Part shown: positions 28,971 through 41,666 of the stretch, in pieces
Position numbering within the stretch: position 1 is the stretch's first letter
Layout: every line of letters starts with the position of its first letter
Assembly (NCBI GenBank): GCA_963675495.1
Contig: OY776215.1
Span: 1,120,001-1,184,000 of the forward strand
Direction: 5' to 3'
From: an uncultured Methanolobus sp.
GTDB lineage: Archaea > Halobacteriota > Methanosarcinia > Methanosarcinales > Methanosarcinaceae
Length of the DNA stretch: 64,000 nt
Position numbers and translations under genes: made by a program
The notes under the pieces: model-generated
Database searches by the model: none
What the model was told of the DNA's origin: nothing
What the model saw: only the letters and a program-made list of their open reading frames with translations

Positions 28971-29618
28971 TTATTTGTATTGGTCCATAATCTTACAGAT
29001 GTCAGCAAGAACAGAATCAACTAATCCTGCGCCATCCACATTAACAAGAAGCCCGGCATTGTCATAATAGTCGATCAAAGGTTTAGTTTTATCATTGTAA
29101 ACAGCAAGCCTCTGACGTATGACCTCTTCCTTGTCGTCATCTCTCTGGTAGAGTTCACTACCACATTCATTGCAAATGCCTTCCTTTTTTGGAGGATTGA
29201 ACATTACATGGTAGCTTTCACCACAGGTGCAACTGCGACGTCCACTGAGCCTTTTTACAAGTTCCTCATCGCTTACTTCCATATTGATAACAGCATCAAG
29301 AGGCTTGTTTATCTCATTGAGTATTCCTGTAAGCGCATCTGCCTGTGGAATGGTTCGTGGATAACCATCAAGAAGGTAACCAGTTTCACAGTCAGGCTCT
29401 ATTAACCTGTTTCTGATGAGTCCTATAAGGACCTCATCAGGGACAAGTTCGCCCTTATCCATGTATTCTTTTGCCTTGATACCAAGCTCAGTTCCATCCC
29501 GGACATTTGCCCTGAGGATGTCCCCTGTTGATATATGGGGAATAGTGTAATGTTTAGACAATTCTTTTGCCTGGGTGCCTTTGCCAGCACCCGGTGGGCC
29601 AAATAATGCAATATTCAT
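28971..29618 (-). CDS. adk: Adenylate kinase (bacterial type, Zn LID)
   Basis: GPPGAGKGTQA, HISTGDILR, LDGYPRT, CTC...CNECG. Confidence 0.96.
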   Translation of the reverse strand: MNIALFGPPGAGKGTQAKELSKHYTIPHISTGDILRANVRDGTELGIKAKEYMDKGELVPDEVLIGLIRNRLIEPDCETGYLLDGYPRTIPQADALTGILNEINKPLDAVINMEVSDEELVKRLSGRRSCTCGESYHVMFNPPKKEGICNECGSELYQRDDDKEEVIRQRLAVYNDKTKPLIDYYDNAGLLVNVDGAGLVDSVLADICKIMDQYK

Positions 29619-29628
29619 AATCAACACC

Positions 29629-31107
29629 TCATTCCTGTCCGAAGAAGGACCTTACCATTGGATGCATCTCCATCATCTGTTCGGACGCTATATCCTCATA
29701 CAAACGGTATACAATACTTACGGTAAGCAGAAGACCAGTACCGCCTGCACCTCCAAGAGTACCAAGCAGACTTGCAACAAGCGTAAGAGCACCTATGAAA
29801 GCACCACCTATGATAGTTACTTTAGGGATGTACCTTAGCATTACCTTTTCAATACTTCCAACGTTCCTTCTGAAACCTGGGATCTGCATACCGGAATTAA
29901 ATATCTTTTTTGCTGTTGGTTTTGCGCCCATTCCTGTTGTTTCTATCCAGAACAGAGCAAAGATGATACCACCTACGATCAGGAAGAAAGCATCTACAAA
30001 CACATGCAACCCAATCTGCCAGATAGCAGGCACAGGTGCACCATAGCTTGTAAACGTTTCCCTGACAAGTGAAGGTATCCAGTCATACGGACTGTGGATG
30101 GGAGCCAGATAATACATAAGACCATTTATAGGCTTTGAACCACTGAATTCTCCAAGGAAGGTGATGCCCCTTCCACTCAACAGGAGACCAATCATCTGAA
30201 TATTAGCCTGCAATGCCCTTACAAGGATCATTGGCAGAACTGAAGCATATATGAGTTTAACAGGGAACTTGCCCCTTGCACCCCTCACAGCACTATGTGC
30301 CAGAGGTATCTCAATGCGCGTACTTTCTACATAGACAACAAGCAGGAAGATGAGTATGGTACTTACAAGTGCAAGTATACCACCGCTTACCAGCATGAAC
30401 ATTATACCATCACCTGAGAAGAGGAAATCTGCTTCCACATTCTGCAGTATGTATAACCATTTAGGGAAGAATCCAGTAGGCAATCCACTTGAATCGGATG
30501 TCCAGTTAAACAAACCGGTCACAATCTGCTGGGAAACACCGGCCACAATAAAAAGACCGACACCTGAACCAATGCCCCACTTGGAAACGACCTCATCCAT
30601 AAAGAGTACCAGTGTACCGCCTATGCATATCTGTATGAAGATGATAAATGTAATTACTCCGGCACTTACTCCTAAAGTTGCTGCAAGAGCCTGGTCCGGC
30701 TGAATGTAACCACCAACTATTTGCGGCAAAGCCTCAAGTACTATCATTACAAAGACCATGAACTTCTGTGCGCCCTGGAAGAACGCCTGGTCTGATGGAT
30801 CGGACATGTCGAGCTTAATGACATCAGCACCAACCAATAGCTGAAGGACAATGGATGCGGTGACAATAGGACCGATACCCAGCAGCATCAGAGAACCCGA
30901 AGCTCCGGCAAAAAATGCTCTATAGGATTCGAAAAGATCTATCGAATCCGCTGACAATCCAAATAGCGGTACATTTGCAAGCGCAAAATAGAGAACAAGA
31001 ATTCCAAGCGTCCACATAAGTTTGTTCTTGAAATGAACATGCCCCTCCGGACTTGCAACCGCAGGCAATTTATTAAAAATTGGTTCCAAATTATCCTTAA
31101 GACTCAT
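29629..31107 (-). CDS. secY: Preprotein translocase subunit SecY
   Basis: LGIGPIVTASIVLQLL, KWGIGSGVGLFI, IPGFRR, GTGLLLTV. Confidence 0.97.
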   Translation of the reverse strand: MSLKDNLEPIFNKLPAVASPEGHVHFKNKLMWTLGILVLYFALANVPLFGLSADSIDLFESYRAFFAGASGSLMLLGIGPIVTASIVLQLLVGADVIKLDMSDPSDQAFFQGAQKFMVFVMIVLEALPQIVGGYIQPDQALAATLGVSAGVITFIIFIQICIGGTLVLFMDEVVSKWGIGSGVGLFIVAGVSQQIVTGLFNWTSDSSGLPTGFFPKWLYILQNVEADFLFSGDGIMFMLVSGGILALVSTILIFLLVVYVESTRIEIPLAHSAVRGARGKFPVKLIYASVLPMILVRALQANIQMIGLLLSGRGITFLGEFSGSKPINGLMYYLAPIHSPYDWIPSLVRETFTSYGAPVPAIWQIGLHVFVDAFFLIVGGIIFALFWIETTGMGAKPTAKKIFNSGMQIPGFRRNVGSIEKVMLRYIPKVTIIGGAFIGALTLVASLLGTLGGAGGTGLLLTVSIVYRLYEDIASEQMMEMHPMVRSFFGQE

Positions 31108-31246
31108 TAATTCCACCCTTTGAATGGAAAAATCCATGCAATTATTAGGTTATAAAGTACACCTTAATAGATTTTAACATTAATAAATGTGCACCCTTTA
31201 ATTACACAAAATATAAAATAAAATAAATAGGTAATGCCAAATGGCA

Positions 31247-31687
31247 TTACTCAGCTATTTCAGTGCAAGATCCACCTGCACTTTCGATCTTTTCCTTTGC
31301 ACTTGCAGAGAATTCAGCCGCAGTGATGGAAAACTTCTTTGACACCTTGCCGGTACCAAGTACCTTGTCTATATCAAGAACCGCAAGGTCAATGACATAT
31401 GCGCCATCCTGAAGTTCGGCAAAACCGTCTTCAACAAGCTGATCTGCAAGTTCATCAAGCTCCCCTACATTCACGATAGAAGCATCGTTCAGCATTTTTA
31501 ATGGGCGTGTAAATCCTCTCTGGTGTCCACGGCGATATCCGAGCTGAAGTGCACGAGTAGCATGGTGTTTATTCTCACCACATCTGCCTCTTCCACCACG
31601 GTTACCGGCACCACGTCTGTTCTTGGTGGTTCCGCCACCACAGGTGCGTGATCCTCTGAATTTTTTTGTGTTGGTCTTTTTAGACAT
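31247..31687 (-). CDS. rpl15: 50S ribosomal protein L15 (uL15)
   Basis: [28 protein letters not shown]. Confidence 0.95.
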   Translation of the reverse strand: MSKKTNTKKFRGSRTCGGGTTKNRRGAGNRGGRGRCGENKHHATRALQLGYRRGHQRGFTRPLKMLNDASIVNVGELDELADQLVEDGFAELQDGAYVIDLAVLDIDKVLGTGKVSKKFSITAAEFSASAKEKIESAGGSCTEIAE

Positions 31688-31691
31688 GGAA

Positions 31692-32153
31692 TTACCTCAT
31701 TTTCTTCAGTAATTTGTTTATGTCCTCACCATGGTTACCCAGTACACCGCCCTGCTGAACTGTCCTTTTCATACCAGCATGGCCTTTCCTTGGTGGGTGA
31801 AGCCTGAATACCGGTTTGAGCTTAGGAACATCTTTCAGTGTTGCGTTGTCATCACAGATAGCCTGTGCAAGAGACTTGATTGAATCATAGTCTGTGTTTT
31901 CAGCTACATATTCATCAGTGATCTTTACATCACCCTCAAGTCTGCCACGGTTTGTGATCATCTCTTCAAGAGTAGCGGCATCAATGACACCGTATGCCAC
32001 ATAGTCCTTTACTTTTTGGATCATTCCTGCATTGTGAGGATTATCATTAAGGAGGACACAGTGGTTCACCTTGTGTAAGCGAAGCATCTTAAGGGTATCC
32101 TTGATGGTACCTCTTACGTTTACATCTCCACGTACTCTAACCAAAGCGTACAT
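31692..32153 (-). CDS. rpl30: 50S ribosomal protein L30 (uL30)
   Basis: [23 protein letters not shown]. Confidence 0.95.
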   Translation of the reverse strand: MYALVRVRGDVNVRGTIKDTLKMLRLHKVNHCVLLNDNPHNAGMIQKVKDYVAYGVIDAATLEEMITNRGRLEGDVKITDEYVAENTDYDSIKSLAQAICDDNATLKDVPKLKPVFRLHPPRKGHAGMKRTVQQGGVLGNHGEDINKLLKKMR

Positions 32154-32154
32154 T

Positions 32155-32790
32155 TTAAGCCTCCTTCTTCTCCACATTCGCAGGAACTCTTACAGTACCT
32201 GCATTCTGCAATGCTGTGAATGTTGCCTTTGCGAAGTTCAGGGTTGTCCTTGTAGTACCTTCGGTCCTTGTCCAGACATCTTTGATACCTGCCTTCTCAA
32301 GCACTTTTCTTGCAGTATCTCCTGCAGCAAGACCAAGTCCTCTTGGCGCTGGTTTTAGTTCAACAACGACACTGCCGACCTTTCCACGTACCTCTGAAGG
32401 TACAGTGTGTTCAAGTCCACATCCGCATTCCCATGAACCGCATCCACGCTTTACCTTAATTATATTGATCTTAGCGTTGCTGATAGCTTTTCTGATTGCA
32501 GGTCCGACCTGGACGTCCTTTGCCTGTCCAAGACCGACAAAACCGTTTCCATTCCCAACAATAACAGTTGCTCTGAACTTTACACGACGTCCAGAGTCAG
32601 TCATCCTCTGGACCATGTTGATATCAAGAACCTCATCCTCAAGATCAGGTAACAGAATATCGATTATATTGGATTCCCTAATAGGAAGACCTGACTCGAT
32701 AGCCTCATCCATGGAAGTGATTTGCCCTTCCTGAACGAGCTTTCCAAGCCTTGTCTGTGGAACCCATGCCTCTTCATATTGATATGCCAT
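32155..32790 (-). CDS. rps5: 30S ribosomal protein S5 (uS5)
   Basis: [35 protein letters not shown]. Confidence 0.97.
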   Translation of the reverse strand: MAYQYEEAWVPQTRLGKLVQEGQITSMDEAIESGLPIRESNIIDILLPDLEDEVLDINMVQRMTDSGRRVKFRATVIVGNGNGFVGLGQAKDVQVGPAIRKAISNAKINIIKVKRGCGSWECGCGLEHTVPSEVRGKVGSVVVELKPAPRGLGLAAGDTARKVLEKAGIKDVWTRTEGTTRTTLNFAKATFTALQNAGTVRVPANVEKKEA

Positions 32791-32798
32791 ATAATCAC

Positions 32799-33320
32799 CT
32801 AGTTGAAGTCAGCAGAGATCTTTTCCTTAACTGTATCGAACAGTTCAGGCAGATTTGAGCCTTCAATGTACTCTGCTACATGTTCTCCTCTTACTCTCTC
32901 ATCTGAAGGAAGAACAGATGAGTCGTGAGGAATCTCGAATCCTGAATCTACAATACCTTTCAAGGTTGCATATACACGTGATCCGGAAGATGATGCCTGG
33001 AGTCCTATATCAAGAACGCCGTAATCATATCCCTTGCCCTGTGCCCTATAACCGAATAACAGACCGGTAAGGTACGCAGCTGTTGTGTTTCCAGTAGATG
33101 CCTCGTATCCATACTTTTTAAGTTCTGTTGAAATTGCAGATGAAAGGGTAACGTCCCCTTCAGGTTTAGGAGCTACAAGCTGGATCTGCATGTGCCTTGA
33201 ACTCTTGCGTACTACCACACGGTCTTCCTTTGAAAGAAGTAACCTGAGTCTCTGGTGGTAATCAGTACGCCCTTCTCTTCGTCGTCTGAATGCGACTTTA
33301 TATCTGGGTCCTGTTGCCAT
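32799..33320 (-). CDS. rpl18: 50S ribosomal protein L18 (uL18)
   Basis: [27 protein letters not shown]. Confidence 0.97.
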   Translation of the reverse strand: MATGPRYKVAFRRRREGRTDYHQRLRLLLSKEDRVVVRKSSRHMQIQLVAPKPEGDVTLSSAISTELKKYGYEASTGNTTAAYLTGLLFGYRAQGKGYDYGVLDIGLQASSSGSRVYATLKGIVDSGFEIPHDSSVLPSDERVRGEHVAEYIEGSNLPELFDTVKEKISADFN

Positions 33321-33322
33321 GA

Positions 33323-33781
33323 TTATTCCTCGTGCTTTATTAGCTTCTCTGACTCAAGGTGTGCCTTAAGGTGCGCTACACTGCGGTATTCTCCACCTTT
33401 TGCCTTACGGTAAACTTTACAGTAAGTAGACCTGTCCAATGAACCATCTTCACGCATTTGTTTAAGTTCCTTCCTCAAAGCACGGATCTTTTTCATCCAT
33501 TGCTCTTTGCGAGGATTACGTGCGCCCTTCTTACCTTTCCTCTTACCGTGTCCTTTTCGATGACCATACTTACGTTTGACATCTCTTATTCTTGCACGAC
33601 CGCGGCTTACACCCTTGACTGGTATAGCTTTAACACTGCCAGCCTCTATGAGCTCACGTATGTCAGCCCTTGTAATAGCCACTGCGATTTCTGCTGATGC
33701 TTCAGGGTCTAGCCAGACCCTGTGAACGCCACAACCTAATACCTGAGAAGCTATTCTCTTCTGGTTTGTAAGATCTGTCAT
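33323..33781 (-). CDS. rpl19e: 50S ribosomal protein L19e; start corrected to MTDL
   Basis: [32 protein letters not shown]. Confidence 0.96.
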   Translation of the reverse strand: MTDLTNQKRIASQVLGCGVHRVWLDPEASAEIAVAITRADIRELIEAGSVKAIPVKGVSRGRARIRDVKRKYGHRKGHGKRKGKKGARNPRKEQWMKKIRALRKELKQMREDGSLDRSTYCKVYRKAKGGEYRSVAHLKAHLESEKLIKHEE

Positions 33782-33782
33782 C

Positions 33783-34172
33783 TTACTCACCTCTTGTTGG
33801 GTTGAGGACCTTAATAGAAAGCTCTGCAGCTTTTGCCTCAATGATTGCCTTCTTTCTTCCGCCAACCTTTCCAGATATCCTGATAGCTTCCTCAGCTGCA
33901 TTCACAGCATCAAGTTGTCCAACTGTGACTACGAAAACTTCTGCATATCCGGATGGGTGTAGACCTTTTACAGCAGCTGGGCTTCCATAGCCTACCTGAG
34001 CAAGAGCGCCTTTTGCTTTGATGTGTTTGCGCTGTTTACCCTGAAGACCTCTTGGACGTCTCCAGTTAGAATCCAGACGTTTGTACTTGTGACTGTCTGT
34101 CCTCTTGAAATCAGGTTTTTTGTGCTTCTGGACTTTCCTTACCTTAAAAAGGCGTTTAATTTTATCATCCAT
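33783..34172 (-). CDS. rpl32e: 50S ribosomal protein L32e
   Basis: KPDFKR, WRRPRG, GYGSP, GLHPSG. Confidence 0.96.
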   Translation of the reverse strand: MDDKIKRLFKVRKVQKHKKPDFKRTDSHKYKRLDSNWRRPRGLQGKQRKHIKAKGALAQVGYGSPAAVKGLHPSGYAEVFVVTVGQLDAVNAAEEAIRISGKVGGRKKAIIEAKAAELSIKVLNPTRGE

Positions 34173-34181
34173 TCAAATCAC

Positions 34182-34715
34182 CTACACTATCTTCTCCACT
34201 GTATATATTCCGTCCTGGAATACACGCGGGTCGAATCTCTTGATTCGGGTTGCCTGCTCGATATTGGCTGCTGTCTGGCCTACATCTTCCTTGTTGACAC
34301 CGGTAACGATTACCTCGTCTGCTGTGGTCTTCACCTTGGACTCGCCAAGAATATTTGCAGACCGTGCTTTTTTCTCTCCAAGGAAATTGCTGATCATTAG
34401 CTGTTTTCCTTCAACCTTGAGTTGCATAGGAAAGTGAGCGTAAACGACCTTCATGCGATATTCAAATCCATCAGCGACACCTTTCATCATATTTGCAACA
34501 TGTGATGCAAATGTTCCGACCATTGCCTTCTGGGTCTTCTTTGTGACTGATGAGTCTACAATAACCTCAGAACCTACAACCTCGATCTTGATGCCTGGGT
34601 ACCAGAAAGTCCTTTCGTTTTTGCCTTTTGGTCCTGATGTTGTCAGGAGCTGGCCCACGAACGTAACAGTCACACCGTCAGGGATAGGGATTATTTTCTT
34701 TATTTCTTTTGCCAT
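34182..34715 (-). CDS. rpl6: 50S ribosomal protein L6 (uL6)
   Basis: [26 protein letters not shown]. Confidence 0.97.
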   Translation of the reverse strand: MAKEIKKIIPIPDGVTVTFVGQLLTTSGPKGKNERTFWYPGIKIEVVGSEVIVDSSVTKKTQKAMVGTFASHVANMMKGVADGFEYRMKVVYAHFPMQLKVEGKQLMISNFLGEKKARSANILGESKVKTTADEVIVTGVNKEDVGQTAANIEQATRIKRFDPRVFQDGIYTVEKIV

Positions 34716-34730
34716 GTGACATCACATCCA

Positions 34731-35123
34731 TCAGTACACATATGCAAGTAACTGTCCACCAACATTATTCTCACGAGCTTCGTACTGAGATATTACACCA
34801 TTTGAGGTTGTCAATATCAATGTTCCAAAGTTCTTTGCAGGAAGAAACTGCTTTTCCCATCTTTCGAAGTCTGCAGCCCCCACTGAATAACGTGGTTTGA
34901 TAGCACCACACTTGTTGATCCTACCAATAAGTTCTACCTTGTAAATTCCCGCCTTACCGTCTTCGACGAATTCAAATTCACCGACATAGCCACGGTCCTG
35001 CATAACTTTCAGGACAGTGCCGATAAGTTTTGATGCGGGTCTAATGACACAGGAATCTTTACCAATTGCCTCTGCATTCTTTATCATAGACAAAGCGTCA
35101 GCAAGCGGATCTAATAATACCAT
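34731..35123 (-). CDS. rps8: 30S ribosomal protein S8 (uS8); start corrected to MVLLDP
   Basis: [33 protein letters not shown]. Confidence 0.97.
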   Translation of the reverse strand: MVLLDPLADALSMIKNAEAIGKDSCVIRPASKLIGTVLKVMQDRGYVGEFEFVEDGKAGIYKVELIGRINKCGAIKPRYSVGAADFERWEKQFLPAKNFGTLILTTSNGVISQYEARENNVGGQLLAYVY

Positions 35124-35133
35124 TTCTTTCACC

Positions 35134-35286
35134 TCACGTATACTTTTCAAATCCCATATCGTGGGCAACCTCACGGAAACAGTGTCTGCAAAGATAAATA
35201 TCGTATTTTCTTACAAGACCTTGTTTTCTTCCGCATCTCTTGCATTCATTTGCCCCTCTTCCAAAGCTCTTAGTGGTTTGAACCAT
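35134..35286 (-). CDS. rps14: 30S ribosomal protein S14 (uS14, Zn-binding); not in the ORF track
   Basis: Manual translation [50 protein letters not shown]; expected operon position. Confidence 0.95.
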   Translation of the reverse strand: MVQTTKSFGRGANECKRCGRKQGLVRKYDIYLCRHCFREVAHDMGFEKYT

Positions 35287-35796
35287 TTATATTACCTCCA
35301 CGGAGTATGCGTCTTTGAAGAAAGCAACTGTATCCTCTTTTGTGATCCTGTGAGATGTAGGGATTTTCCTTTTAACTATCCTTCTTTTGTTGATCCTGTA
35401 ACCACGACGGTTGACAATTACATTAACATCCATACCAAAGATACCGATGTTAGGATCATATCTCATGCCCGGGAAATCGGTGTGTTCCTCAATACCAAAG
35501 GCAACATTCCCATACTTATCGAATTGGGATGATCTGAGCTTGCTCTCTACAATATCAAGTGCTATTTTAAGAAAGTTTTCTGCACGGTCGGCCCTGAGAG
35601 TAACCTTACAGCCAATTGGCTCGCTCTTCTTAATACCAAATGCTGGAAGAGTTCTTTTTGAATAGGTCCTGACAACAGACTGTCCGGTAATTTCACTGAG
35701 GATACCTTCAGCGTCCACGAGGTGCTGGCCACTTTCACCGACACCCATATGAACAACAACCTTCTCCACAATAGGTGTTCTCATTGGATTACTCAA
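35287..35796 (-). CDS. rpl5: 50S ribosomal protein L5 (uL5)
   Basis: [29 protein letters not shown]. Confidence 0.97.
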   Translation of the reverse strand: MSNPMRTPIVEKVVVHMGVGESGQHLVDAEGILSEITGQSVVRTYSKRTLPAFGIKKSEPIGCKVTLRADRAENFLKIALDIVESKLRSSQFDKYGNVAFGIEEHTDFPGMRYDPNIGIFGMDVNVIVNRRGYRINKRRIVKRKIPTSHRITKEDTVAFFKDAYSVEVI

Positions 35797-36499
35797 CTAC
35801 CTCACCACCTAGTTTTATCTCAGGTTCTTTCTCGCCTATGATGACAACGAATTCTTCGATCGTCTCAAACTCATAGTCCCCGGATATTGAAACTGTGTTG
35901 TGCTTGGAACTTCTTACTGTGTTGATATCTTTAATAGTACCAATTTCACCAGTATGCTTTCCACCAACGATCATAGCAAGATTACCAACCTCGTATTTAA
36001 TATGCTTGACAATATCCTTGTCAGGCAGGGAGAGGATGAGTGAATCCTTTGGCTTGTAGTCATTGGAGCCCAGGAGGTTTGTACCGTCATTGAGGTTAAG
36101 CTGCACAGCTCCACCTTTTACAATAGTCTTGCCGTTGATCCTGCAAAGCTTGTTTACATTGGAATCTGCCAGCTTATGAACTTCAAGTCTTCCCTTGCGA
36201 TCCAGCAACATACGGTATGCTGCATCTTCGAGAGGAATTGAGATTACATCTAAAAGACCTACAGGGAATCTGAGATCCTTTCTGACAACACCATCAACGA
36301 GCACACTACCTTCGGAAAGAATGCGCTTTGCTTCTGCACGGGTGTCTACAACACCCAGCATATCCCTCAGGACTACACCCAGAGGCATGCTCTGCTGCTT
36401 GTTATGTGGACCCGGTCTTGTTGATGTGACCCATTTATTGGATTTCTTTGATACCTGCCAGCTGTTAGGGACAGATATTCTTTTCTGATGTTTGCCCAC
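35789..36499 (-). CDS. rps4e: 30S ribosomal protein S4e
   Basis: [28 protein letters not shown]. Confidence 0.96.
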   Translation of the reverse strand: MGKHQKRISVPNSWQVSKKSNKWVTSTRPGPHNKQQSMPLGVVLRDMLGVVDTRAEAKRILSEGSVLVDGVVRKDLRFPVGLLDVISIPLEDAAYRMLLDRKGRLEVHKLADSNVNKLCRINGKTIVKGGAVQLNLNDGTNLLGSNDYKPKDSLILSLPDKDIVKHIKYEVGNLAMIVGGKHTGEIGTIKDINTVRSSKHNTVSISGDYEFETIEEFVVIIGEKEPEIKLGGEVVE

Positions 36500-36503
36500 A
36501 AAA

Positions 36504-36857
36504 TCACCTGTTATTAATAATTTCTTCTCTGTGTTTGTCCTTCATTTCAAGGGTTGTGATCATCACGTTTGAAGGGTAAACAGGTCTTGCAACCTCTGTT
36601 CCATCTGCTTTTGAAACTGTTATACCTTCTACAATGATCGTTCCGTGCTTCAGGGAAATTGCTTCCACTATTCCGGAAGTTCCTGCATGGTCCCCACGCA
36701 TTAACTTTACAGTATCACCAACAATCACATTGGCTGTGCGACGACTGTATTTGTCACGGAGATCCTTTGAAAGAAGAGCACCCATATATTTCTGTTTGAT
36801 GTGCAGAGGAGCAGTATATCTTGCTTTTCTCTGTTTTCTTGGTTGATTTGATACCAT
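36504..36857 (-). CDS. rpl24: 50S ribosomal protein L24 (uL24)
   Basis: [22 protein letters not shown]. Confidence 0.96.
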   Translation of the reverse strand: MVSNQPRKQRKARYTAPLHIKQKYMGALLSKDLRDKYSRRTANVIVGDTVKLMRGDHAGTSGIVEAISLKHGTIIVEGITVSKADGTEVARPVYPSNVMITTLEMKDKHREEIINNR

Positions 36858-36867
36858 ATTTCACACC

Positions 36868-37266
36868 TCACACAACAATAGATGCTGTTGTACCTATCTT
36901 AGGGAACCTTTCTGCTGCTTCTCTTGCAACAGGACCTTTTATGTCAGTTCCTTTTGGGATACCATCTGCGTCAACAATGACAACTGCATTATCTTCAAAG
37001 GAAACCCTCAGACCGTCTGGTCGGTGAAGTTCCTGTTTCTGGCGTATGATTACTGCAAGGAGGATCTGCTTACGCATTTCCGGTGTTCCTTTCTTCACGG
37101 AAACTACGCACATGTTACCAACACCTGCTCGAGGATGTCTGTTCTTAACACCTCTGTAGCCCTTTACGGATATAATCTCAACTACACGTGCACCAGTATT
37201 GTCCACGCAGTCGATCTTAGCACCAGCGTTAAGTGCACGGGGAACTGTGGATCTAATTCCTCTCAT
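36868..37266 (-). CDS. rpl14: 50S ribosomal protein L14 (uL14)
   Basis: [26 protein letters not shown]. Confidence 0.97.
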   Translation of the reverse strand: MRGIRSTVPRALNAGAKIDCVDNTGARVVEIISVKGYRGVKNRHPRAGVGNMCVVSVKKGTPEMRKQILLAVIIRQKQELHRPDGLRVSFEDNAVVIVDADGIPKGTDIKGPVAREAAERFPKIGTTASIVV

Positions 37267-37592
37267 TCCTGTGCCTCCGCTTTAATGACCACATACGACT
37301 TTGTCTTGCTAAGAGGCCTGCATTCTGCCACTGTCACAACGTCCCCTACTTTTGCATCAACGCAAGGTGGATTGTGTGCGTGAATCTTAGATTGCCTCTT
37401 TTCATATCTCTGATATTTCTTAATGAGAATCTCATGTTTACGCTGGATGACCACTGTCTTGTCCATTTTATCGCTAACAACAGTCCCTACTAGGACCTGC
37501 CCACGAACTGGAAGTGCTCCATGGAATGGACAATTTACATCATCACATTCCTCAGTGGGAGCTGGGACATCCAATCCAATATCTTTAACCAT
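37263..37592 (-). CDS. rps17: 30S ribosomal protein S17 (uS17)
   Basis: [26 protein letters not shown]. Confidence 0.97.
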   Translation of the reverse strand: MVKDIGLDVPAPTEECDDVNCPFHGALPVRGQVLVGTVVSDKMDKTVVIQRKHEILIKKYQRYEKRQSKIHAHNPPCVDAKVGDVVTVAECRPLSKTKSYVVIKAEAQE

Positions 37593-37597
37593 GATTA

Positions 37598-37909
37598 TTA
37601 CCTCATGTGTATTTTTCTTATATTCTTTGTTCTGTTCTCAGGTTGTGAGAGCAGAAGGTTTCCATTCACTTTAACATACCTCTGGGCATGCTTACCGGAT
37701 AATTGGGCAGGTATCTGAAACACAAAGGAAGTACCGTTTTTCTGAATCATTTTCTCAGTTCCTTTTGTTGTTTGAACAATTATCATGTTCTTTGTTTCGT
37801 CAACCACTTTGCCACTTATATCTTTCAAGATCGGATTAGTTGCTTCTACTATTGTCACTTGTAATCCGATCAGTTCATGGAATACCAGTTTCGAAGGAGT
37901 GATCTCCAA
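37598..37909 (-). CDS. rnp1: Ribonuclease P protein component 1 (Rpp29)
   Basis: [19 protein letters not shown]; position between rpl29 and rps17. Confidence 0.92.
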   Translation of the reverse strand: MEITPSKLVFHELIGLQVTIVEATNPILKDISGKVVDETKNMIIVQTTKGTEKMIQKNGTSFVFQIPAQLSGKHAQRYVKVNGNLLLSQPENRTKNIRKIHMR

Positions 37910-37910
37910 A

Positions 37911-38114
37911 TCAGATCTCCTTCATTTCCCGCTGGATGGTCTTTATTCTGGCAACGGTTCTCCTTAGCTCGCCAATCCTGCCTGGATTGTCAGGAGCTCC
38001 GCCAGCAGATGAAAGAGCACGCTCGCGAATGAGTTCATCCCTCATTTTGTCGAGTTCGTCCATCCTTTCTTCCGGGGACATATCCCTTATCTCGTTCAAG
38101 CGGAGAATTGCCAT
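37911..38114 (-). CDS. rpl29: 50S ribosomal protein L29 (uL29)
   Basis: [27 protein letters not shown]. Confidence 0.96.
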   Translation of the reverse strand: MAILRLNEIRDMSPEERMDELDKMRDELIRERALSSAGGAPDNPGRIGELRRTVARIKTIQREMKEI

Positions 38115-39037
38115 TATTTCTCCTCCTTGTGGACACGTGAGACTGGATGCCAGTAGTCATAGCCATCATGCTTATGCTGCCATACATCATCAACCAGCCT
38201 TCGTTCTGCCTCGGGATTTTCTTCAGGGATTGAATCATCAGATTCAGATGCTTCATCTACACAGGATTCTTCTTCAACTTTCTCAGCTGAAGCTTCTTCA
38301 GTGACTCCTGTTTCCGTGACTTCTGCAACTTCTACTACTTCCTCCTCGTCTGCAACCTCGCCTTCTGATTCCTTGTCTACGAGTTCTGCGATGTCAGCCT
38401 TTGCAGCTTCCGGTGCAACAGCTTCGACCACATCAGCCTCTACGACTTCTTTAATATCAAAAGCGTCAGGTAATACTGCACCTGGAGGGATGATCCTAAC
38501 TTTACAACCAAGGGTTCCCAGCTTTTTGACAGCTGTTGCGAAACCCTCGTCAACTATATCTTCAGCAGGTTTTCCGGCATGTTTGATGTATCCATCAACG
38601 AGTTTTTCAACCCTTGACCTTGAACCTGTTAATTTACCTGAAATTACGATTTCACAGCCCAGTGCACCGGAGTTCATAATAGCTCTAAGAGTATTATGAC
38701 CGGCTTTTCTGAAATACCAGCCTCTTTCAATTGAAGAAGCAAGGCGTGAAGCCATCATCTGGGCATTGAGCTCTGGTCTTTTAACTTCCTGAGCATCTAT
38801 CTGGGGGTTGTCCATATCGTACATCCTGTCGATGTCACGTGTAAGTTTACGGATGACCTTACCAGCTTTACCAATGACCATACCTGGCTTTTCAGCATAT
38901 ACAGTGATTTGGGTACCCATCGGAGTACGATTGATCTCCATCCCACCGTAGCCTGCTTTGCTGAGCTGTTTTAAAAAATATTCGTTCATGGAGGCTTTTA
39001 CATAACCTTCCCGAACGAACTTCTTTTCTATTGCCAT
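38114..39037 (-). CDS. rps3: 30S ribosomal protein S3 (uS3) with acidic C-terminal extension
   Basis: [14 protein letters not shown] (KH), [13 protein letters not shown]. Confidence 0.97.
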   Translation of the reverse strand: MAIEKKFVREGYVKASMNEYFLKQLSKAGYGGMEINRTPMGTQITVYAEKPGMVIGKAGKVIRKLTRDIDRMYDMDNPQIDAQEVKRPELNAQMMASRLASSIERGWYFRKAGHNTLRAIMNSGALGCEIVISGKLTGSRSRVEKLVDGYIKHAGKPAEDIVDEGFATAVKKLGTLGCKVRIIPPGAVLPDAFDIKEVVEADVVEAVAPEAAKADIAELVDKESEGEVADEEEVVEVAEVTETGVTEEASAEKVEEESCVDEASESDDSIPEENPEAERRLVDDVWQHKHDGYDYWHPVSRVHKEEK

Positions 39038-39492
39038 TAAAGCACCTCATTCAAAATAATCTCGACATTCACAGTTTCTGTGTTCTTGGGGCTGCCACGT
39101 CCACGTGCCCTTGGTCTCATTCCGTGAATGACACGTCCACGCTTTGCAGAAATATGTGCAATATACATATGCTCCGGGTCAAGTCCCTTGTATTCAGCAT
39201 TGCTGTTGGCGTTCTCCAAGATCTTCAGGAAAGCCTCAGCGACCTTTACAGGGTATCTACCGTTTGCCATTGGACCTTTTCTGTGTCCTGAACCATCGCC
39301 GTGCCTTTTAAAAGGAACTGCCTGTTTCATTATTACAACTTCTTCAAGGTATCTTTTGGCTACAGTGGTACGCATACCTTTGATCGCCTTACCAAGTTCT
39401 CGTGACTTTTTCGGGGAGATGTGAAGTTCAGCACCCATAGCTTTTGAGCTTACTTTTGGGTCTAATTCCATAGAATATCCAATTCTTGCCAT
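39037..39492 (-). CDS. rpl22: 50S ribosomal protein L22 (uL22)
   Basis: ISPK, VPFKR, GRYPVK, PRARGR. Confidence 0.97.
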   Translation of the reverse strand: MARIGYSMELDPKVSSKAMGAELHISPKKSRELGKAIKGMRTTVAKRYLEEVVIMKQAVPFKRHGDGSGHRKGPMANGRYPVKVAEAFLKILENANSNAEYKGLDPEHMYIAHISAKRGRVIHGMRPRARGRGSPKNTETVNVEIILNEVL

Positions 39493-39501
39493 GATCTCAC
39501 C

Positions 39502-39915
39502 TTACTTAAGTGGCACGAACTTACTTGAACGGGTTGCTCCTACACCAGCGCTTCCGTGGGAAACCTTTGGACGGGTTGGTGAGAACTCTCCGAATCTGTG
39601 TCCGATCATTTCAGGCTGTATTTCAAAAGCCACAAATGATTTGCCGTTATACACTTCTACATTTTTGCCGACCATTTCAGGGAATATAATGATGTCCCTG
39701 TAATGGGTTCTCAGATTATCCTTGCCATCCCTGAGCTGTTGAACTACGCTCTTCCTGCCATCTGTGTAGCCCCTCTTAAGAGTACGGCGTTCACGTGCAG
39801 GTAACATCTCAGCAAATTCATCATTGCTAATGGCCTGGAGTTCTGTTACTGTTTTACCACGGTAGGTGTATTCACCTTTTCGTTTTGGTAATCTTGATGA
39901 TAATTTCTTTGCCAT
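39502..39915 (-). CDS. rps19: 30S ribosomal protein S19 (uS19)
   Basis: [30 protein letters not shown]. Confidence 0.97.
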   Translation of the reverse strand: MAKKLSSRLPKRKGEYTYRGKTVTELQAISNDEFAEMLPARERRTLKRGYTDGRKSVVQQLRDGKDNLRTHYRDIIIFPEMVGKNVEVYNGKSFVAFEIQPEMIGHRFGEFSPTRPKVSHGSAGVGATRSSKFVPLK

Positions 39916-39929
39916 GTAATAACCTCCGG

Positions 39930-40643
39930 TTAACGCTTTCCGGTCCTGCGTGCTGCAATCTGACCTACCTTACGTCCTGGAGGCGCATTCCTTCCAACCG
40001 TTGTTGGCTTACCAGGATGCTTACGGTTACCTCCACCATATGGGTGGTCAATAGCGTTCATAGCAACACCTGATACACGAGGATATTTTGCAGCTCTTGT
40101 CTTCATCTTGTGGTACTTTTTACCTGCCTTAAGGAAAGGCCTGTCAACCCTACCGCCACCTGCAACGATACCTATTGTTGCACGGCATTTAGGATTTAAC
40201 CACTTCATCTCACCTGATGGCAATTGAACAACGGTCTTACCCTTATCGTGGGATACAACAGTTGCATAGGCACCAGATGCACGTGCGAACTGTCCACCAT
40301 CATTTGGTTTGGACTCAATGTTGCAGACCGGGATACCTTCTGGGATCTCTGCAAGAGGCAGGATGTTACCAGGTTTTATCTCAGCTGATATTCCACATGC
40401 TATCTGTTCGCCCAAAGAAATACCTTCAGGTGCAATGATCAGGCGTTCTTCACCAGTGTCAAAGGAAACCCTGACAATAGGTGCTGAACGAGCCGGATCG
40501 TGTGTAATTTCAATAACTGTACCATAAACTGTGCCTTCTTCATCGACACGTGGGTGTTTAAGTGCAGCTTTGTACTTGTGTGACGGAGCCCTGTAAGTAG
40601 GAGATCCACGACCTCTGTTCTGTGATATAAGTCTCTTAGTCAT
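39930..40643 (-). CDS. rpl2: 50S ribosomal protein L2 (uL2)
   Basis: [30 protein letters not shown]. Confidence 0.97.
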   Translation of the reverse strand: MTKRLISQNRGRGSPTYRAPSHKYKAALKHPRVDEEGTVYGTVIEITHDPARSAPIVRVSFDTGEERLIIAPEGISLGEQIACGISAEIKPGNILPLAEIPEGIPVCNIESKPNDGGQFARASGAYATVVSHDKGKTVVQLPSGEMKWLNPKCRATIGIVAGGGRVDRPFLKAGKKYHKMKTRAAKYPRVSGVAMNAIDHPYGGGNRKHPGKPTTVGRNAPPGRKVGQIAARRTGKR

Positions 40644-40654
40644 GTATATTCACC

Positions 40655-40903
40655 TCACATCAAGCCAATTCTAGTCGCTATCTCATGGGCAGCTTCTGTG
40701 CCTTCGAAAGTAACGATAGCTTTCTTCAGACCTTTCATTGTGCTCATTGTACAGACAGATGCAACAGGGAACCCGTACATCTTCATTACATCAGCCTTGA
40801 TCTGATTCTTGTTTGCGCGGGTATCAACAATGAACTGAAGTTTATTGTCTTCCAGCAGCATCATCGCTTTTTCAGTGATAAACGGATACTTGATGACATT
40901 CAT
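40655..40903 (-). CDS. rpl23: 50S ribosomal protein L23 (uL23)
   Basis: P.ITEKA, F.VD.RANK, KKAIV. Confidence 0.95.
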   Translation of the reverse strand: MNVIKYPFITEKAMMLLEDNKLQFIVDTRANKNQIKADVMKMYGFPVASVCTMSTMKGLKKAIVTFEGTEAAHEIATRIGLM

Positions 40904-41661
40904 TCGAACATTCCCCCAAGAGAGGACATTGCAGACTCGGTCCAGACTACTAATCTACCTGCATGTGTTCCTGGTGCAAGGAGCTCAGCATTCAATGCAT
41001 CAACAGATACAACATCCACGCCTGAAAGGTTTCTTGCAGATCTCATCAATGGACTGTCACATGTTGCAACAATGAGGAGACTCTTCTTGTTCTTGTATCT
41101 CCTCCCACGGATCTTACCCTTTCCTGCACGGATATTTCTTCCATCCTTTGCACGGATCACGTCGTCGTAAACACCTGCATTCTGCAGGAAGCTTATAACA
41201 TCCTTTGTCTTTTCAACGTTTTCAAGTTCATCTGCAGCGACCAATGGAAGCTGTGCATCGAACCTGTGCCCACGGCCTTTTACGAGTTCTGCATCGGTTG
41301 TTGCAGCGATTGCAGAGCGTATGGCCATACGCCTTTCTTTCTTGTTGACCTTTTCAGTTTTGTCCGCTTCAGGCTTTGGAGGATGTGCTCTCCTACCACC
41401 TACAGCCTGAGGAACTCTTGCTGCACGGCTACCATTGACAATTCTTGGGATCTGAGCAGCGCCTCTGCCTGAGCCCCATGATTTTGCGGAGGTATCCATA
41501 CCAGAGTACATCCTAGGACCATATGGCTGATACCTGTTTGCCTGAGCTGCAAGAACTGCTCTTTTGATAAGATCAGGTCTGTATGCTTCATCGAATACTT
41601 CAGGAAGGTCTATGTCTCCCTTAGCATTTCCTGATAAATCTATAATTTTTGCTGTAACCAT
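40900..41661 (-). CDS. rpl4: 50S ribosomal protein L4 (uL4)
   Basis: [33 protein letters not shown]. Confidence 0.97.
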   Translation of the reverse strand: MVTAKIIDLSGNAKGDIDLPEVFDEAYRPDLIKRAVLAAQANRYQPYGPRMYSGMDTSAKSWGSGRGAAQIPRIVNGSRAARVPQAVGGRRAHPPKPEADKTEKVNKKERRMAIRSAIAATTDAELVKGRGHRFDAQLPLVAADELENVEKTKDVISFLQNAGVYDDVIRAKDGRNIRAGKGKIRGRRYKNKKSLLIVATCDSPLMRSARNLSGVDVVSVDALNAELLAPGTHAGRLVVWTESAMSSLGGMFE

Positions 41662-41666
41662 TCAGT

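Noticed and set aside
27797-38114. Absence of rpl34e/rpl14e around cmk and of sui1 after rpl29
   Set aside because: Consistent with what I recall as normal for Methanosarcinales; not novel.
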